Under the pieces are notes generated by a model. The model searched no databases. It saw only the letters and a list, made by a program, of their open reading frames with translations, and was not told the origin of the DNA. A program made the position numbers and the translations under genes. From Candidatus Bathyarchaeota archaeon (GTDB lineage Archaea; Thermoproteota; Bathyarchaeia; Bathyarchaeales; Bathycorpusculaceae), in assembly GCA_963775895.1 (NCBI GenBank), contig CAVZKL010000017.1, positions 96,001 through 160,000 of the forward strand: a stretch of DNA of 64,000 bases, in the 5' to 3' direction. Below are positions 19,405-30,233 of this stretch, one piece after another; the stretch's first letter is position 1; each line of letters opens with the position of its first letter.

Positions 19405-20094
19405 CTAGGCTAGAAGAACAGCTATTATGCCTGTTAGAAAGATGCCGTCGAACGTGCCTGCCCCGCCTATGCTTGCGACAGGTGCACCGAGTTTGGGAAT
19501 ACGGTTAAGATTAGACAGATCGGCACCTATGAGTGTTCCTAGCACACCTGAAACGTAGGCAATCACTCTTGGTGCGGCTGGAAGAAGAAGGTAAGCTGAG
19601 AGAGCAGCGACTAGGGGTGGAATGAAGATTGGCGTACTGATGCCTACTCCCTTCACTGGTCGCGCAACGAGGTGGGTCACAAATGCGACGACGGCAACCC
19701 CCAGTAAGGCGTACAATATGACCGAGGGCACTTTCCACAACAGATAGGCTGAAACAACAGTGGGTACCAACGCTCCTCCAACGTTGACGGCTACCATCGT
19801 TGTTGTCTCACCGTACTCCACGTTTGGAATTCGATAGGCAATGCCAAAGAAACTCACAAACTCCTCCCTCATCACTGGGATCTTTGTTTTCAGCTTCAAA
19901 ATTGGGATGTTAATCCAGCTTCCAACGAAAGTGCCAACCAGAATCAAGGCAGTGATGATTGGACTAAATCCAACATCCTCGAAGGCCGCTCCGATGACTC
20001 CTACAAAAATCAGGCCTATCACTATGACAAGAATAATTACCAAGACTGCGAACACCAAAGCATTGTGAGGAAAATAGACGGTTTTCCTGCTCAT
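19405..20094 (-). CDS. DUF1614 membrane protein
   Basis: GSWINIP, AVNVGGALVP, GTLIGADL.NL, SIGGAGTFDGIF. Confidence 0.85.
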   Translation of the reverse strand: MSRKTVYFPHNALVFAVLVIILVIVIGLIFVGVIGAAFEDVGFSPIITALILVGTFVGSWINIPILKLKTKIPVMREEFVSFFGIAYRIPNVEYGETTTMVAVNVGGALVPTVVSAYLLWKVPSVILYALLGVAVVAFVTHLVARPVKGVGISTPIFIPPLVAALSAYLLLPAAPRVIAYVSGVLGTLIGADLSNLNRIPKLGAPVASIGGAGTFDGIFLTGIIAVLLA

Positions 20095-20199
20095 AACCCG
20101 GTGGCCTTGCCTTTCACTTCTCAAGACCAAATTCTTGTTCTCGTGTATTAATATAGCGCTCTTAGCGCGCGCCAAGGTTAAATACAGTATTCCACGATT

Positions 20200-20716
20200 T
20201 TGATCGTGAGGCTTATGACCCAGAAAGCAAGTGGCGAAAAGTATCTTGAACCGTTGGTAGCAGTTGCTATTGTCCTTTTGGCCATCTTTTTGCTTATACG
20301 GTCACTGTTTCTTTTCGACTTTTTTGTTATAATCGATGAAGACTCATTAATCGCTGCAGAAGCCACAATTCTAGGGTTCTTCGGGTTAGTGGTTGCCTAT
20401 TTTCTTGGACGACGCGCCCACAGAGCTGGAAGACAGTTAGGAAGTTCTGTTTATTTCGTTGCAGGGTTCCTTATTGATCTCTTGTCCTATGGCATAATTG
20501 AGCGGTATCTGGAAACTTGTCCTTTCTTTTTTTGTTATTGACACTTGGAGTATAATAGCGATTCCGCTTGTGCTTTTTGGCATCATCATCGCACCTATAA
20601 TCGTAGGAAGAGTTTGGAAACACAAGAGGAATGACTACTGGAACGGCGTGTTACTCGGTTTCGCAGTCTTATCAATCATAGCATTCGTCCGCGCGTTGCA
20701 ATTTAGGCATGGTTGA
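20200..20716 (+). CDS. hypothetical membrane protein, probably frameshifted
   Basis: Hydrophobic ORFs 20200-20541 and 20498-20716 overlap. Confidence 0.45.
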
Positions 20717-20829
20717 AGTCGTTTTTCTGTAACTGGGCGAGAAGAACGTGCGCGCGCTTCTAGTATTTGGTTATGGCAAATGTCTAATTCAATGCTGAAT
20801 AATACGCATATGGGAGAGGAGAGAGAGAA

Positions 20830-23072
20830 ATGAAGAGCGAAGCGATTTTTGGTTGCTTGATTGCTGCGTTGTTGGTCTTGGTGTTTTTCATAAACATGGG
20901 GGTTTCTTCCGCTCTGTTGGAGCAAAAGAACGGCTGGAGTTTCAGTACTTCAACGCGTGACACGAGTCCGCGCGCATTGGTTGGCAGTGACACAGGGTAT
21001 AGTCTGACAGCAGGTGAGAGTCTGAATGTTTCATGGAGTAGTACGTCTTCAGGGCTGGGTGTGACGATCTCGATGAGGTTTTACTTGCTCAATAGTTCCC
21101 AAATAAGTGGTTGGAGGTGGGTGGTGACACCGCTTGCTCAATTTGAGGAAACAAATTCAGGCTATCTCATAAAACTAGACAACTGGGGCACGACTGTTAC
21201 TTGCCTGATAAACTCGACTGACACATACTACGTCATATTCGTATGTAATGGAGTCTACAACCCTATGGAGTTGCCACCTGAAATATACGTCGACTCCTAT
21301 GCCGCTTACGCATCATTGCCCCCGTCAGTCAACGTAACACCTGGCTCCGTCGCCATGGATTTGGGACAATCGCAGTTGTTCACTTCAAACGTTTCTGACG
21401 GCACGTCTCCTTACTCTTACCAATGGTATCTGTCCACCGCCATTTTAGGCAACACGATTGTTAACCCTGGGTTTGAGACTGGCAACTTCACCGGGTGGAG
21501 CCAAGAGGGAATCAACAACGCAACTATAAGAAACGATGAACATCATTCTGGAAGCTACTCTTGTACGTCAACATACAATGGGTCGCCATATTACTTGTAC
21601 CTGCCGTTTAAGATAACGCAGAGGTTGCCCACCGTCCTATCGGACTTCATTACTAGTGTTAGTTGCTGGATCAAGTATGGTGTTTCCTCGATAGATTGGC
21701 TCAGAGTGAATTACACGGATGGGTCCGTTTCAAGCATAGGCTTGGGGGCGTCTAGCGATTGGACTCATGTGACTCTGAATCTTGCGGCAAACAAAACCGT
21801 GGATTCATTGATACTGGAAAGGAACGCCTCAAGTGGCTATATAATCTGGATTGATGACGTTGAGTTCAGTGTGAATGGTGGTCCAGTTTCAGGCGCCACA
21901 GGTTCCACTTGGACTTTCACGCCACGTTCTTTGGGATCCTACACAGTCTACGTCCAAGTTACGGATAATGCTGGTTTCAGCGCAAATTCTAATTTCGCAA
22001 ACGTCACTGTCAATCCTGTCCCATCTGTCGCCATTTCGCCTAGCTCTGTCGTTATGGATGTTGGTCAGTCTCAACTGTTCAATTCAACCGTCTCCGACGG
22101 CTTATCTCCGTATTCGTATCAATGGTACCTGAATGATACTCCGGTCTCAGGAGCTACCAACCCGACTTGGACTTTTACTCCTTCTTCTTCCGGCTCTTAC
22201 AACATCTACCTGAACGTGACTGACACTGTTGGATTCACGGCAGAATCTAACATCGCCTACATCACTGTTAATCCTCTGGTCTCCGTCAGTGTTTCGCCCG
22301 CTTCTGTCGTTATGGATGTTGGTCAGTCTCAACTGTTCAATTCAACCGTCTCCGGTGGTACGTCGCCCTACTCTTATCAATGGGTGCTCGGGACAGAAAA
22401 CCCGTCGTTGTTAGTCCTCGCGCCTGGCGCCACAAACGCGACGTGGGCCTTCACTCCATCATCTGCAGGTTCTTACACGGTTTCTGTGCTAGTCAATGAC
22501 AGCGTCGGGATGCAGTGACCGTCCAACACTGTGGCTGTTGCTGTGCACGTTGATGATGTTGCCGTCACCAATATTACGTCTTCCAAAACTGTGGTTGGAC
22601 AAGGCTACAGCCTAAACATGACCGTTACAGCGGCAGACTTTGGTGACTGCGCAGAAACGTTCAATGTCACAGTTTACGCCAACAAAACTTCTATTGCATC
22701 ACAGAATGTTGCCCTGTCAAGCGGAAACTCCACGACCATCATGTTTACATGGAGCACAACGGGCTTTACTTACGGCAACTACACCATTAGCGCCACTGCA
22801 GGACCAGTTCCGGGCGAAACCGACACAGCCAACAACAACTACACCTGCCTTATTCCTGTTCATGTGGGCGTTCCGGGCGACGTGTCCAGCACGATTCCAG
22901 GAGTGTACGATGGAGTAGATAACGTGAAGGACATCGCCTACATGGTTGCACTCTTGAACACCAAGACCAGGCTCGCCAAACTGGAACCCCAACGCGGACG
23001 TGAACAACGACGGCGTAGTCAACATGAAGCGACATAGCCATAGCCGTAGCCTACTTCAACCAACACGAATAG
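20830..23072 (+). CDS. secreted surface protein: CBM-like jelly roll, PKD/Ig repeats, CARDB-like domain and C-terminal dockerin; frameshifted
   Basis: Signal peptide; NPGFETG..GW; three SV.MD.GQSQLF..V..G..PYSYQW repeats; DVAVTNI..SKTVVGQG; GDV...DG....KDI / ADVNNDGVVNM dockerin repeats. Confidence 0.75.
22045..22354 (+). repeat. identical 52-bp intragenic repeat (22045-22096 and 22303-22354)
   Basis: tctgtcgttatggatgttggtcagtctcaactgttcaattcaaccgtctccg twice, 258 bp (86 codons) apart. Confidence 0.85.
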
Positions 23073-23170
23073 ACTCACGCGCGTGCCCGAAAGTTTTAAT
23101 CATCGAACGCACATTGCTAATATAGAGAAACGTCCGCGTTTTCCAGGGAACAACCATTAGTTTCAGGAGA

Positions 23171-24558
23171 TTGGAGTTGGTGAAGAGAACTGTTTTTGAG
23201 GTAATGCTTGTTTTCCTCGTTGCAAGAGCACGTTTGTATTGGCGTCCAAAATTCAGCCCGTCAGGTCGAATGGGACGACCATCATGGTACCAGACGTCAA
23301 CACTTCAGACCCACCATTTCCGGGAGTGGGAGTCAAGGTTAATATTCACCAATGGTTCAGTTCAATATGTAACTACTTGGACTACTTCTATGTGATCCAC
23401 GGGTGGGTTAGTGCCAATTGGAGCAGCTTCACAACGGCTGCCCAGAATGCGTTCCTGGACCTTCACAGAGCAACTTCACCCTAGCGACCAATGCCACCCA
23501 CTTCCTAAACCCATCTATGACCCAATTCACGTACTATAATAGCACCGCAGACGAAATGCTAGCCTATTTTGGTTCCAGTTTCAACCTGACGACCTTGCTC
23601 TGGGCGCCTACTCATTCACCGGCACGTGGAACCTGGCGGCAGCTGCCAACCCGCCCAACTACACCGCCGTCCAGGCCCAAAACACGATCACACTCATCGT
23701 TAAAGTCCGAAACGATCGTTTCCTGTTCACCCAACCCTGTCTCCAATCGGCTATCCCGTAACCTGCACCGCAACCGTTACTGGTTCCAACCCGACGGGGA
23801 GCGGTCACTTGGAGCACGAGCAGCACAACGGGCGCATTCACTTCTCCCAACGTGCACCCTGCTCAAACGGAACCTGTTCGACCACGTACAGCCGACAACT
23901 ACACTGGCCACGAAACGATCACGGCAAGCTACAGCGGAGACTCAAACAACGCGCCGAGCAGCGGCAGCACGATCCTGACGGTTTTCGAAAACGTTACGGT
24001 GGGCACAAACATGACCGTTTACCCGACAAACGGCCTTGGCCTGACTTTCGCCAACGTCACCGTCGCAGGCGTTGTCATCGCAGAACGAAACACCCACGGT
24101 TCCCGCGCCCCCATTGAACAACACGGTGGGACAATACTACGACGTGAGGGTGACGGCGGGCTACTCTGGCAACGTAACGGTCAGCCTAGCCTTTGACGGT
24201 TCAAACATGACTCAGCAGCAGAAAGAGCAGCCTGAAAATGATGCAGTACACGCCATTGGTTGCCGACATGTCCGGTCCGACCCCGGGCGTTTCTGACGGC
24301 GTCGTGAACATGAGAGACATAGCTTACATAGTAGCACACTTCAAACGACGCCCAACAGCACCAACTGGGATCCGACGCTGCGACATCTACGGACCAACTG
24401 GAGTCCCGGACGGCGTCGTGAACATGCGCGACATAGCCTTCGCGGTCGCATGCTTTGGCCAGACTTCCAGTTGGGTAAACATCACTGCGTACGTCGACAC
24501 CGCAAACAACATCATCTACGGACAGACCACCCACTTCTCATTCATAGGCATACACTAG
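23171..24558 (+). CDS. second surface protein with Ig-like (Big_3-like) and dockerin domains; many frameshifts
   Basis: Fragments: IQPVRSNGT, ITASYSGDSNN, and twice DGVVNMRDIA. Confidence 0.6.
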
Positions 24559-24758
24559 CTAAGAAATACGATGAGCGCAGAATAGGAGAAACGTGTGTCG
24601 GCTATTACCGAAGACCCAAAAAGATTTTCCGCGTATGGTTCCTAAACGCCAAACGAACGTTCAGCCGATCATGATAAACTTAAAATAACTGATTGAACAG
24701 TTGTGTAACCGAATTCACCAATATTTAGAGGAAATCAGAAAGAATTGGAGGAGAAGAA

Positions 24759-26063
24759 ATGAGCAAAAGCGGAAAACCACACCTTAACCTGGTGATTATG
24801 GGACACGTAGATCACGGAAAATCAACAACCACAGGACACTTACTGTACCTTGCAGGGGCAGTCGACGAAAGAGATGTCAAAAAGTTCGAAGAAGAAGCCA
24901 AAAAAGCAGGAAAAGAAAGCTTCAAATTCGCATGGGTTCTGGACAATCTGAAAGAAGAAAGAGAACGAGGAGTAACAATTGACCTTCGATTCCTCAAATT
25001 TGAAACCAAGAAATTCTACTTCACGGTCATCGACGCGCCAGGACACAGAGACTTCGTCAAGAACATGATTACGGGTGCCAGCCAAGCCGACGGTGCTGTC
25101 CTGTTCTGCTCAGCCAGAAGAGGCGAATTCGAAGCAGGAATCGGTCCGGGTGGACAGACCAGAGAACATGCATTCTTGGCTTTCACTCTAGGTGTTCGAC
25201 AGTTGGTCGTTGCCGTAAACAAGATGGACGACATTTCAGTAAACTACAGTCAAGAACGATACAATGAGATCAAGAACGAAGTCAGCAGAATGCTCAAGAT
25301 GGTCGGCTTCAAAGTTGAGAAGATTCCGTTCGTTCCAACTTCGGGTTGGACAGGAGAAAACCTCGTCGCAAAAACCGACAAGATGCCATGGTACAATGGA
25401 CCAACTTTGATTGAGGCACTCGACACTTTTGAAGTTCCTTCGAAACCCACAAACAAGCCTTTGCGAGTTCCGATTCAAGACGTATACAGCATAACCGGAG
25501 TCGGCACAGTTCCAGTCGGCAGAGTCGAGACTGGGATAATCAAAGAAAACGACATCGTTGTATTCATGCCATCCAACAAACAAGGCGAAGTCAAATCACT
25601 AGAAATGCACCACGAGAGAATCCCGAAAGCAGAACCAGGCGATAACATAGGCTTCAACATCCGAGGCGTCGCCAAGACGGACATCAAACGTGGAGACGTT
25701 GCCGGACACACGACTAATCCGCCCACGATTGCAAAAGAATTCATCGGACAAATAATAGTGATCTATCACCCGACGGCAGTGGCTGCGGGATACACACCAG
25801 TATTGCACTACCACACGGGGCAAATCGCATGCAAGTTCACGGAACTCATAAGAAAGATTGACCCGCGTTCGGGACAAGTCGTGGAAGAAAAACCCACATT
25901 CCTAAAGACAGGAGACGCCGCCGTGGTGAGAATGGAACCTTTGCACCCAATATCAATCGAAACATTCTCCGAGTTCGAAGAACTCGGGCGCTTCGCAGTC
26001 AGAGACATGGGTACCACCGTGGCAGCTGGCATCGTCAAAGAGATCACCAAGAAAGGGCCGTAA
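24759..26063 (+). CDS. tuf: translation elongation factor EF-1 alpha
   Basis: [30 protein letters not shown]. Confidence 0.98.
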   Translation: MSKSGKPHLNLVIMGHVDHGKSTTTGHLLYLAGAVDERDVKKFEEEAKKAGKESFKFAWVLDNLKEERERGVTIDLRFLKFETKKFYFTVIDAPGHRDFVKNMITGASQADGAVLFCSARRGEFEAGIGPGGQTREHAFLAFTLGVRQLVVAVNKMDDISVNYSQERYNEIKNEVSRMLKMVGFKVEKIPFVPTSGWTGENLVAKTDKMPWYNGPTLIEALDTFEVPSKPTNKPLRVPIQDVYSITGVGTVPVGRVETGIIKENDIVVFMPSNKQGEVKSLEMHHERIPKAEPGDNIGFNIRGVAKTDIKRGDVAGHTTNPPTIAKEFIGQIIVIYHPTAVAAGYTPVLHYHTGQIACKFTELIRKIDPRSGQVVEEKPTFLKTGDAAVVRMEPLHPISIETFSEFEELGRFAVRDMGTTVAAGIVKEITKKGP

Positions 26064-26068
26064 AAATC

Positions 26069-26089
26069 TCCTTTTCCATCTTTTTTATA
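26069..26089 (+). terminator. U-rich terminator after tuf
   Basis: ccttttccatcttttttat tract. Confidence 0.5.
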
Positions 26090-26164
26090 GAATCCTTCAC
26101 GTTTTCGAAGCGACGTTTCCGCAAGTCTACAAACTGCAGAGAAAGTCAAAACCAAAACTGTGTT

Positions 26165-26725
26165 TCACGGTAGTGTTGCAAGTATCAAGTAGTGGTAGGG
26201 TCCCATTTCTCTTGCCTCTTCCACTTTGAAACCTGCCTTGTCCAACAAACCCGCTGCTTGTGTTTCACTAAACCTGATGCTCATCGGGGGACCGAATTGC
26301 ATCGGTTCCTTTTTCCAGTCAACATCGGCGAGTAGGCCTCTGGGTTTTAGCATTTTTCTCGCGTTCTGTAATACTTTTAGTGGGTTTTGAAAGTCGTGTA
26401 GCACGATGCCGAAGAAAACAAAGTCAGCACAGGCTTCCCCGAAAACGATTTCCTCTGCTGCGCCAACTTCCGTCACCAAATTGGTCAATTGTTCTGAGTC
26501 GGCCTTCTTGCGAACAATTGCAATGGCTTCTTCATCAATGTCTAATGCGTACACTCGACCCTTCTTGCCTACGATTCTAGCCGCTGGAATGGAGAAAAAG
26601 CCTTCTCCGCAACCCAGATCGATGAAGGTTGAACCACTTTTCAACCCCAATTCAGCCAGTATTTCCTCTGGATTCTGCCACTTCCGTCTTTCTCTTTCGT
26701 TGCCATAGAACGTGCGATTGTGCAT
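26165..26725 (-). CDS. class I SAM-dependent methyltransferase
   Basis: DLGCGEGFF, VYALDID, LKPRG, DWKK..GPP. Confidence 0.85.
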   Translation of the reverse strand: MHNRTFYGNERERRKWQNPEEILAELGLKSGSTFIDLGCGEGFFSIPAARIVGKKGRVYALDIDEEAIAIVRKKADSEQLTNLVTEVGAAEEIVFGEACADFVFFGIVLHDFQNPLKVLQNARKMLKPRGLLADVDWKKEPMQFGPPMSIRFSETQAAGLLDKAGFKVEEAREMGPYHYLILATLP

Positions 26726-26839
26726 TTCAAGCGCGCCTCGCAAGAGTCCGAGTAGAATCTGCACCTTTTCTATATAACTATGTTTCATCGGAAGAATTAA
26801 TAACGAATCAAACAAAATAGGAACCGTTGAGGAATCACT

Positions 26840-27334
26840 TTGGAACGGAAACTCAAGGTCGGAGACAAAGCAAAGAGTTTCGCCCTGCTAGATCAGTCCG
26901 AAAAAGAATTCACACTTGCAAAGGCTAAGGGCAAACGCGTGCTGCTTTCATTTCATCCCTTAGCGTGGACATCTGTCTGTTCGGAGCAAATGAAATCTCT
27001 GGAGAAGAATAAATCAGCTTTCGACTCACTGAACACCGTAGCAGTCGGATTGAGTGTCGACACGGTGCCTTCAAAAAAGGCATGGGCAGACAGTTTAGGG
27101 ATCAAGAGTACTCGGCTTCTTTCAGATTTCTGGCCACACGGCAAAGTTGCGAGAGCATATGGACTATTCCGAAAAGATGCTGGAACCTCGGGACGAGCCA
27201 ACGTAATCGTCGACGAAAACGGAATAGTGCGTCTCTTCAAGGTTTACCCCTTGGGTAAGCTTCCAGATATTCAGGAAATACTGGATTTCTTAACTGAAAT
27301 GCCTAAAATCGCCGGGAAAAGACAACACAAATAA
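26840..27334 (+). CDS. 1-Cys peroxiredoxin (AhpE/BCP-like)
   Basis: FHPLAWTSVC (PxxxTxxC), LLSDFWPHG, RANVIVD. Confidence 0.85.
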   Translation: MERKLKVGDKAKSFALLDQSEKEFTLAKAKGKRVLLSFHPLAWTSVCSEQMKSLEKNKSAFDSLNTVAVGLSVDTVPSKKAWADSLGIKSTRLLSDFWPHGKVARAYGLFRKDAGTSGRANVIVDENGIVRLFKVYPLGKLPDIQEILDFLTEMPKIAGKRQHK

Positions 27335-27335
27335 G

Positions 27336-28436
27336 GTGAAGCAAACGATGGACAAGAAGTCATTGGCTCTTCTGATAGAAATGCTAGAATCTTTCGGGCC
27401 CGCAGGGTTCGAAGTTGAAACGGCAACGATCGTCAAGAAAGCTGTCAAGTCTTACGCTGATGAAGTCAAGACTGACAAGCTAGGCAACGTGATATTCACT
27501 CACAAGGGAACATCTGAGCAACCTCGCGTACTGCTCGCTGGTCACATTGACGAAGTCGGATTCGTCATATCGGGAATAGACGAAAGAACAGGTTTTCTCT
27601 CGTTCAACCCGCTAGGAGGATGGTGGGATCAGGTACTTCTATCGCAACGAGTCGTCGTGCGAACCGAAAAAGGCGATCTTCACGGCGTGATAGCTGCTAA
27701 ACCACCGCACTTGTTGCCGCCTGACGAACAGAAGAAAGTCGTTGAGAAAAAAACGATGTTCATCGACATCGGTGCAACGAGCAGGAAAGAATCCGAAGCC
27801 ATGGGCGTCAGAATAGGAGACCCAGTGGTGCCCTTCTCAATATTCACGACTATTCGCGATGGAAAACTCGGAATGGGCAAAGCCTTTGATGATCGCATCG
27901 GCGCATTCATAGCGATGGAAGTTGTTCGAAAGCTCTCGGAAACAAAGACAAAACATCCGAACACCGTCTATGGCGCCGCGACCGTACAGGAAGAAGTTGG
28001 CGCTCGAGGCGCAGCAACAGTTTCTCACGTAGTAGATCCGGACGTTGCGATAGTGTTGGAGGTTGATATCGCAGGCGACGTTCCAGGAGTTCAGCCTCAA
28101 GATGCTCCCACAAAAATAGGAAAGGGTCCATCGATATTGACCTTTGATACCTCTATGATTCCAAATCAAGCCCTAAAACAGTTCGTAATCGACACAGCTA
28201 AGAAATCGAAGATTCCGTATCAGCTCTCAATTTTGGCAGCCGGTGGAACGGACGCCATGAGGATCCATATAAGTCGAGCGGGATGCCCCAGCATAGTCAT
28301 TGGCGTGCCAACACGACACATCCACTCTCATGTGGGAATACTGAGCTTCGAAGACGTTGACAACACTATCAAACTCACGCTTGAACTGGTGAAACGATTC
28401 GATCAAAAAACTGTCAGCGAATTCACAGCTTTTTGA
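27336..28436 (+). CDS. M42 family aminopeptidase (TET)
   Basis: GHIDEVG, KAFDDR, QEEVG.RGA, GGTD, RHIHS. Confidence 0.9.
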   Translation: MKQTMDKKSLALLIEMLESFGPAGFEVETATIVKKAVKSYADEVKTDKLGNVIFTHKGTSEQPRVLLAGHIDEVGFVISGIDERTGFLSFNPLGGWWDQVLLSQRVVVRTEKGDLHGVIAAKPPHLLPPDEQKKVVEKKTMFIDIGATSRKESEAMGVRIGDPVVPFSIFTTIRDGKLGMGKAFDDRIGAFIAMEVVRKLSETKTKHPNTVYGAATVQEEVGARGAATVSHVVDPDVAIVLEVDIAGDVPGVQPQDAPTKIGKGPSILTFDTSMIPNQALKQFVIDTAKKSKIPYQLSILAAGGTDAMRIHISRAGCPSIVIGVPTRHIHSHVGILSFEDVDNTIKLTLELVKRFDQKTVSEFTAF

Positions 28437-28542
28437 ATACGAAACCTCAACATTATCCTATCCATTTCTTCACGCGCGTGCAAGTAACTCAGCAAACCCA
28501 AATAAGACGGACTGATTGACGTTATTTCCGTGAGTTGAGCAG

Positions 28543-29253
28543 ATGGCTGGAACTGAGAGTTTGCTTCCCTACTTACGCGAAAAGAAAGGTTCTGGACAAG
28601 AGCAACCGACCATAATTGTTGATAGCCGTGAGGCAAGTTCCGCACCCAAAATAGTTAAAGGTCTCAGGGAGCGAGGCGTTAGCATACGTACTGAAATGTT
28701 GGAGAAGGGCGATTACGTTTTGTCGGATGTTTGTGCCGTAGAGAGGAAGACTGTGCAGGATTTTGTGTACACTCTTACTCGCCGTTTTCTATTTGAACAG
28801 CTCTTCCGATTGAAAGAAGTCTATCCCAGATCATTGATACTGCTCGAGGGTTACCTGCCGATAATCTACAAGTACAGTAGAATTCAGCCCGCATCGGTTT
28901 GGGGCGCGATGTTCAACCTGGCTAGAAATGGCATTGCCATGGTGAACACCACGTCTTACAAGGAAACTGTCGATTTTCTCTACGTAGCAGCACGTCAAGA
29001 GCAGATCGTTGAAAAAAGAACGCCCACGGTTCATCCATTCAAGAAAGTGGATACCTTGGCTGACGCTCAACTGTATTTCGTCGCAAGCCTTCCTAACGTG
29101 GGAAGAGAAAAAGCATCAGCAATCCTCAAATGCTACCAAACGCCACTGAATGCCATGATAAACGTGAACGACTGGCCTGAGACCGTTCATGGGCTCGGAC
29201 CGAAAATAAGTGCCAAGGCGAAGGATGTCTTGAATACGCCTTTCAGTGAGTGA
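28543..29253 (+). CDS. xpf: short XPF/ERCC4 nuclease with HhH domain
   Basis: IVDSRE, GDY, VERKT..DF, HhH motifs LPNVG and VHGLG. Confidence 0.85.
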   Translation: MAGTESLLPYLREKKGSGQEQPTIIVDSREASSAPKIVKGLRERGVSIRTEMLEKGDYVLSDVCAVERKTVQDFVYTLTRRFLFEQLFRLKEVYPRSLILLEGYLPIIYKYSRIQPASVWGAMFNLARNGIAMVNTTSYKETVDFLYVAARQEQIVEKRTPTVHPFKKVDTLADAQLYFVASLPNVGREKASAILKCYQTPLNAMINVNDWPETVHGLGPKISAKAKDVLNTPFSE

Positions 29254-29617
29254 GACAAGAATGGATGTCGATATCAATCCCACGAAAAAGGTCACCGTTT
29301 TAGGACTGGACAATCGTTCGAAAGACAACATTGCATGGTGTGCAGCAAGTTACGGTGCAAACAGGCTTTACTGGATAGACGGGTACTTACTGTGTTTGGA
29401 AGTCTACGAAAAATCCTTTGAGGAAGAGCTTAAGAAAAAAGAATTTCCGATCAGCCAAGTTTGCTACGTGAAATTTCCGAAGTACGAGAAACTCTACGAG
29501 ATCGACAAGAGCTTTCAGATTCCCGTGGTCAACGTGTCCGACATGAAGCTGTTCCAGAACATACTGAAAGCGATACTCGAAAGCGAAAAAACAGGGACAG
29601 CTTCCCCAAGAATCTGA
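29246..29617 (+). CDS. hypothetical protein coupled to xpf
   Basis: 123 aa ORF overlapping the xpf stop. Confidence 0.65.
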   Translation: MSETRMDVDINPTKKVTVLGLDNRSKDNIAWCAASYGANRLYWIDGYLLCLEVYEKSFEEELKKKEFPISQVCYVKFPKYEKLYEIDKSFQIPVVNVSDMKLFQNILKAILESEKTGTASPRI

Positions 29618-29623
29618 CGAAGC

Positions 29624-30233
29624 CTAATTCGCATGCCGAGCTTCTTCTGTGATTTTATAGCCCAGCTTGAACGCCCTGATATTCGTGTCCACGTGCTTTT
29701 CTGGAACGAGTTCTTTGACCGCCAGTACAAGACTTTCGGTTTTCACTGGCAACAACTTGGTTCCAGCCAGAGCACCCAACAACACGACATTCTGCGTGAG
29801 ATTGCTACCAGCCTTCTTAGCCAATTGTGAAGCGTCAACCAAAACGATCTTCTTGCGTGAAGGAACGAATCTTCTGAACGATTTCCTCCACGCTTGGATA
29901 TTTCAACTTCTTAGAAGCCAACTCCGCAGGCGGAATTCTCTCGGTGTTCATCAGCACGATCGTTTTTTCACTGGCATACTTCACGTTTCGCAGCGTTTCC
30001 AGACGCTCGAAACCCAACAATATGTTTGCTTGACCTTCTAGCACGGTCGGCGCTAGGACGTTTTCACCAATTCTCACCGTTGAAACTACACTGCCGCCTC
30101 TCTGAGCCATTCCGTGGATCTCGCTGACTCTCACGTTCAATCCATCCTTTACAGCGGCAATTCCCAAGGCTTCAGCCGCTAATAGCGTGCCCTGTCCACC
30201 TACTCCTGCCAAAACAATGTTGAACTCCTTCAT
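29624..30233 (-). CDS. iorB: indolepyruvate:ferredoxin oxidoreductase beta subunit, frameshifted
   Basis: GVGGQG, HGMAQRGGSV, NVVLLGA, N.RAF.LG. Confidence 0.88.

Noticed and set aside
22516-22518. TGA read-through (selenocysteine) in the surface protein
   Set aside because: The context reads as a 1-nt indel (GMQ* where ..AVTSNTV is expected) and no SECIS-like element was recognised
22045-24430. Diversity-generating retroelement TR/VR pair among the surface-protein repeats
   Set aside because: The repeats are in-frame domain duplications with no evident adenine-specific mismatches, and no reverse transcriptase is in the window
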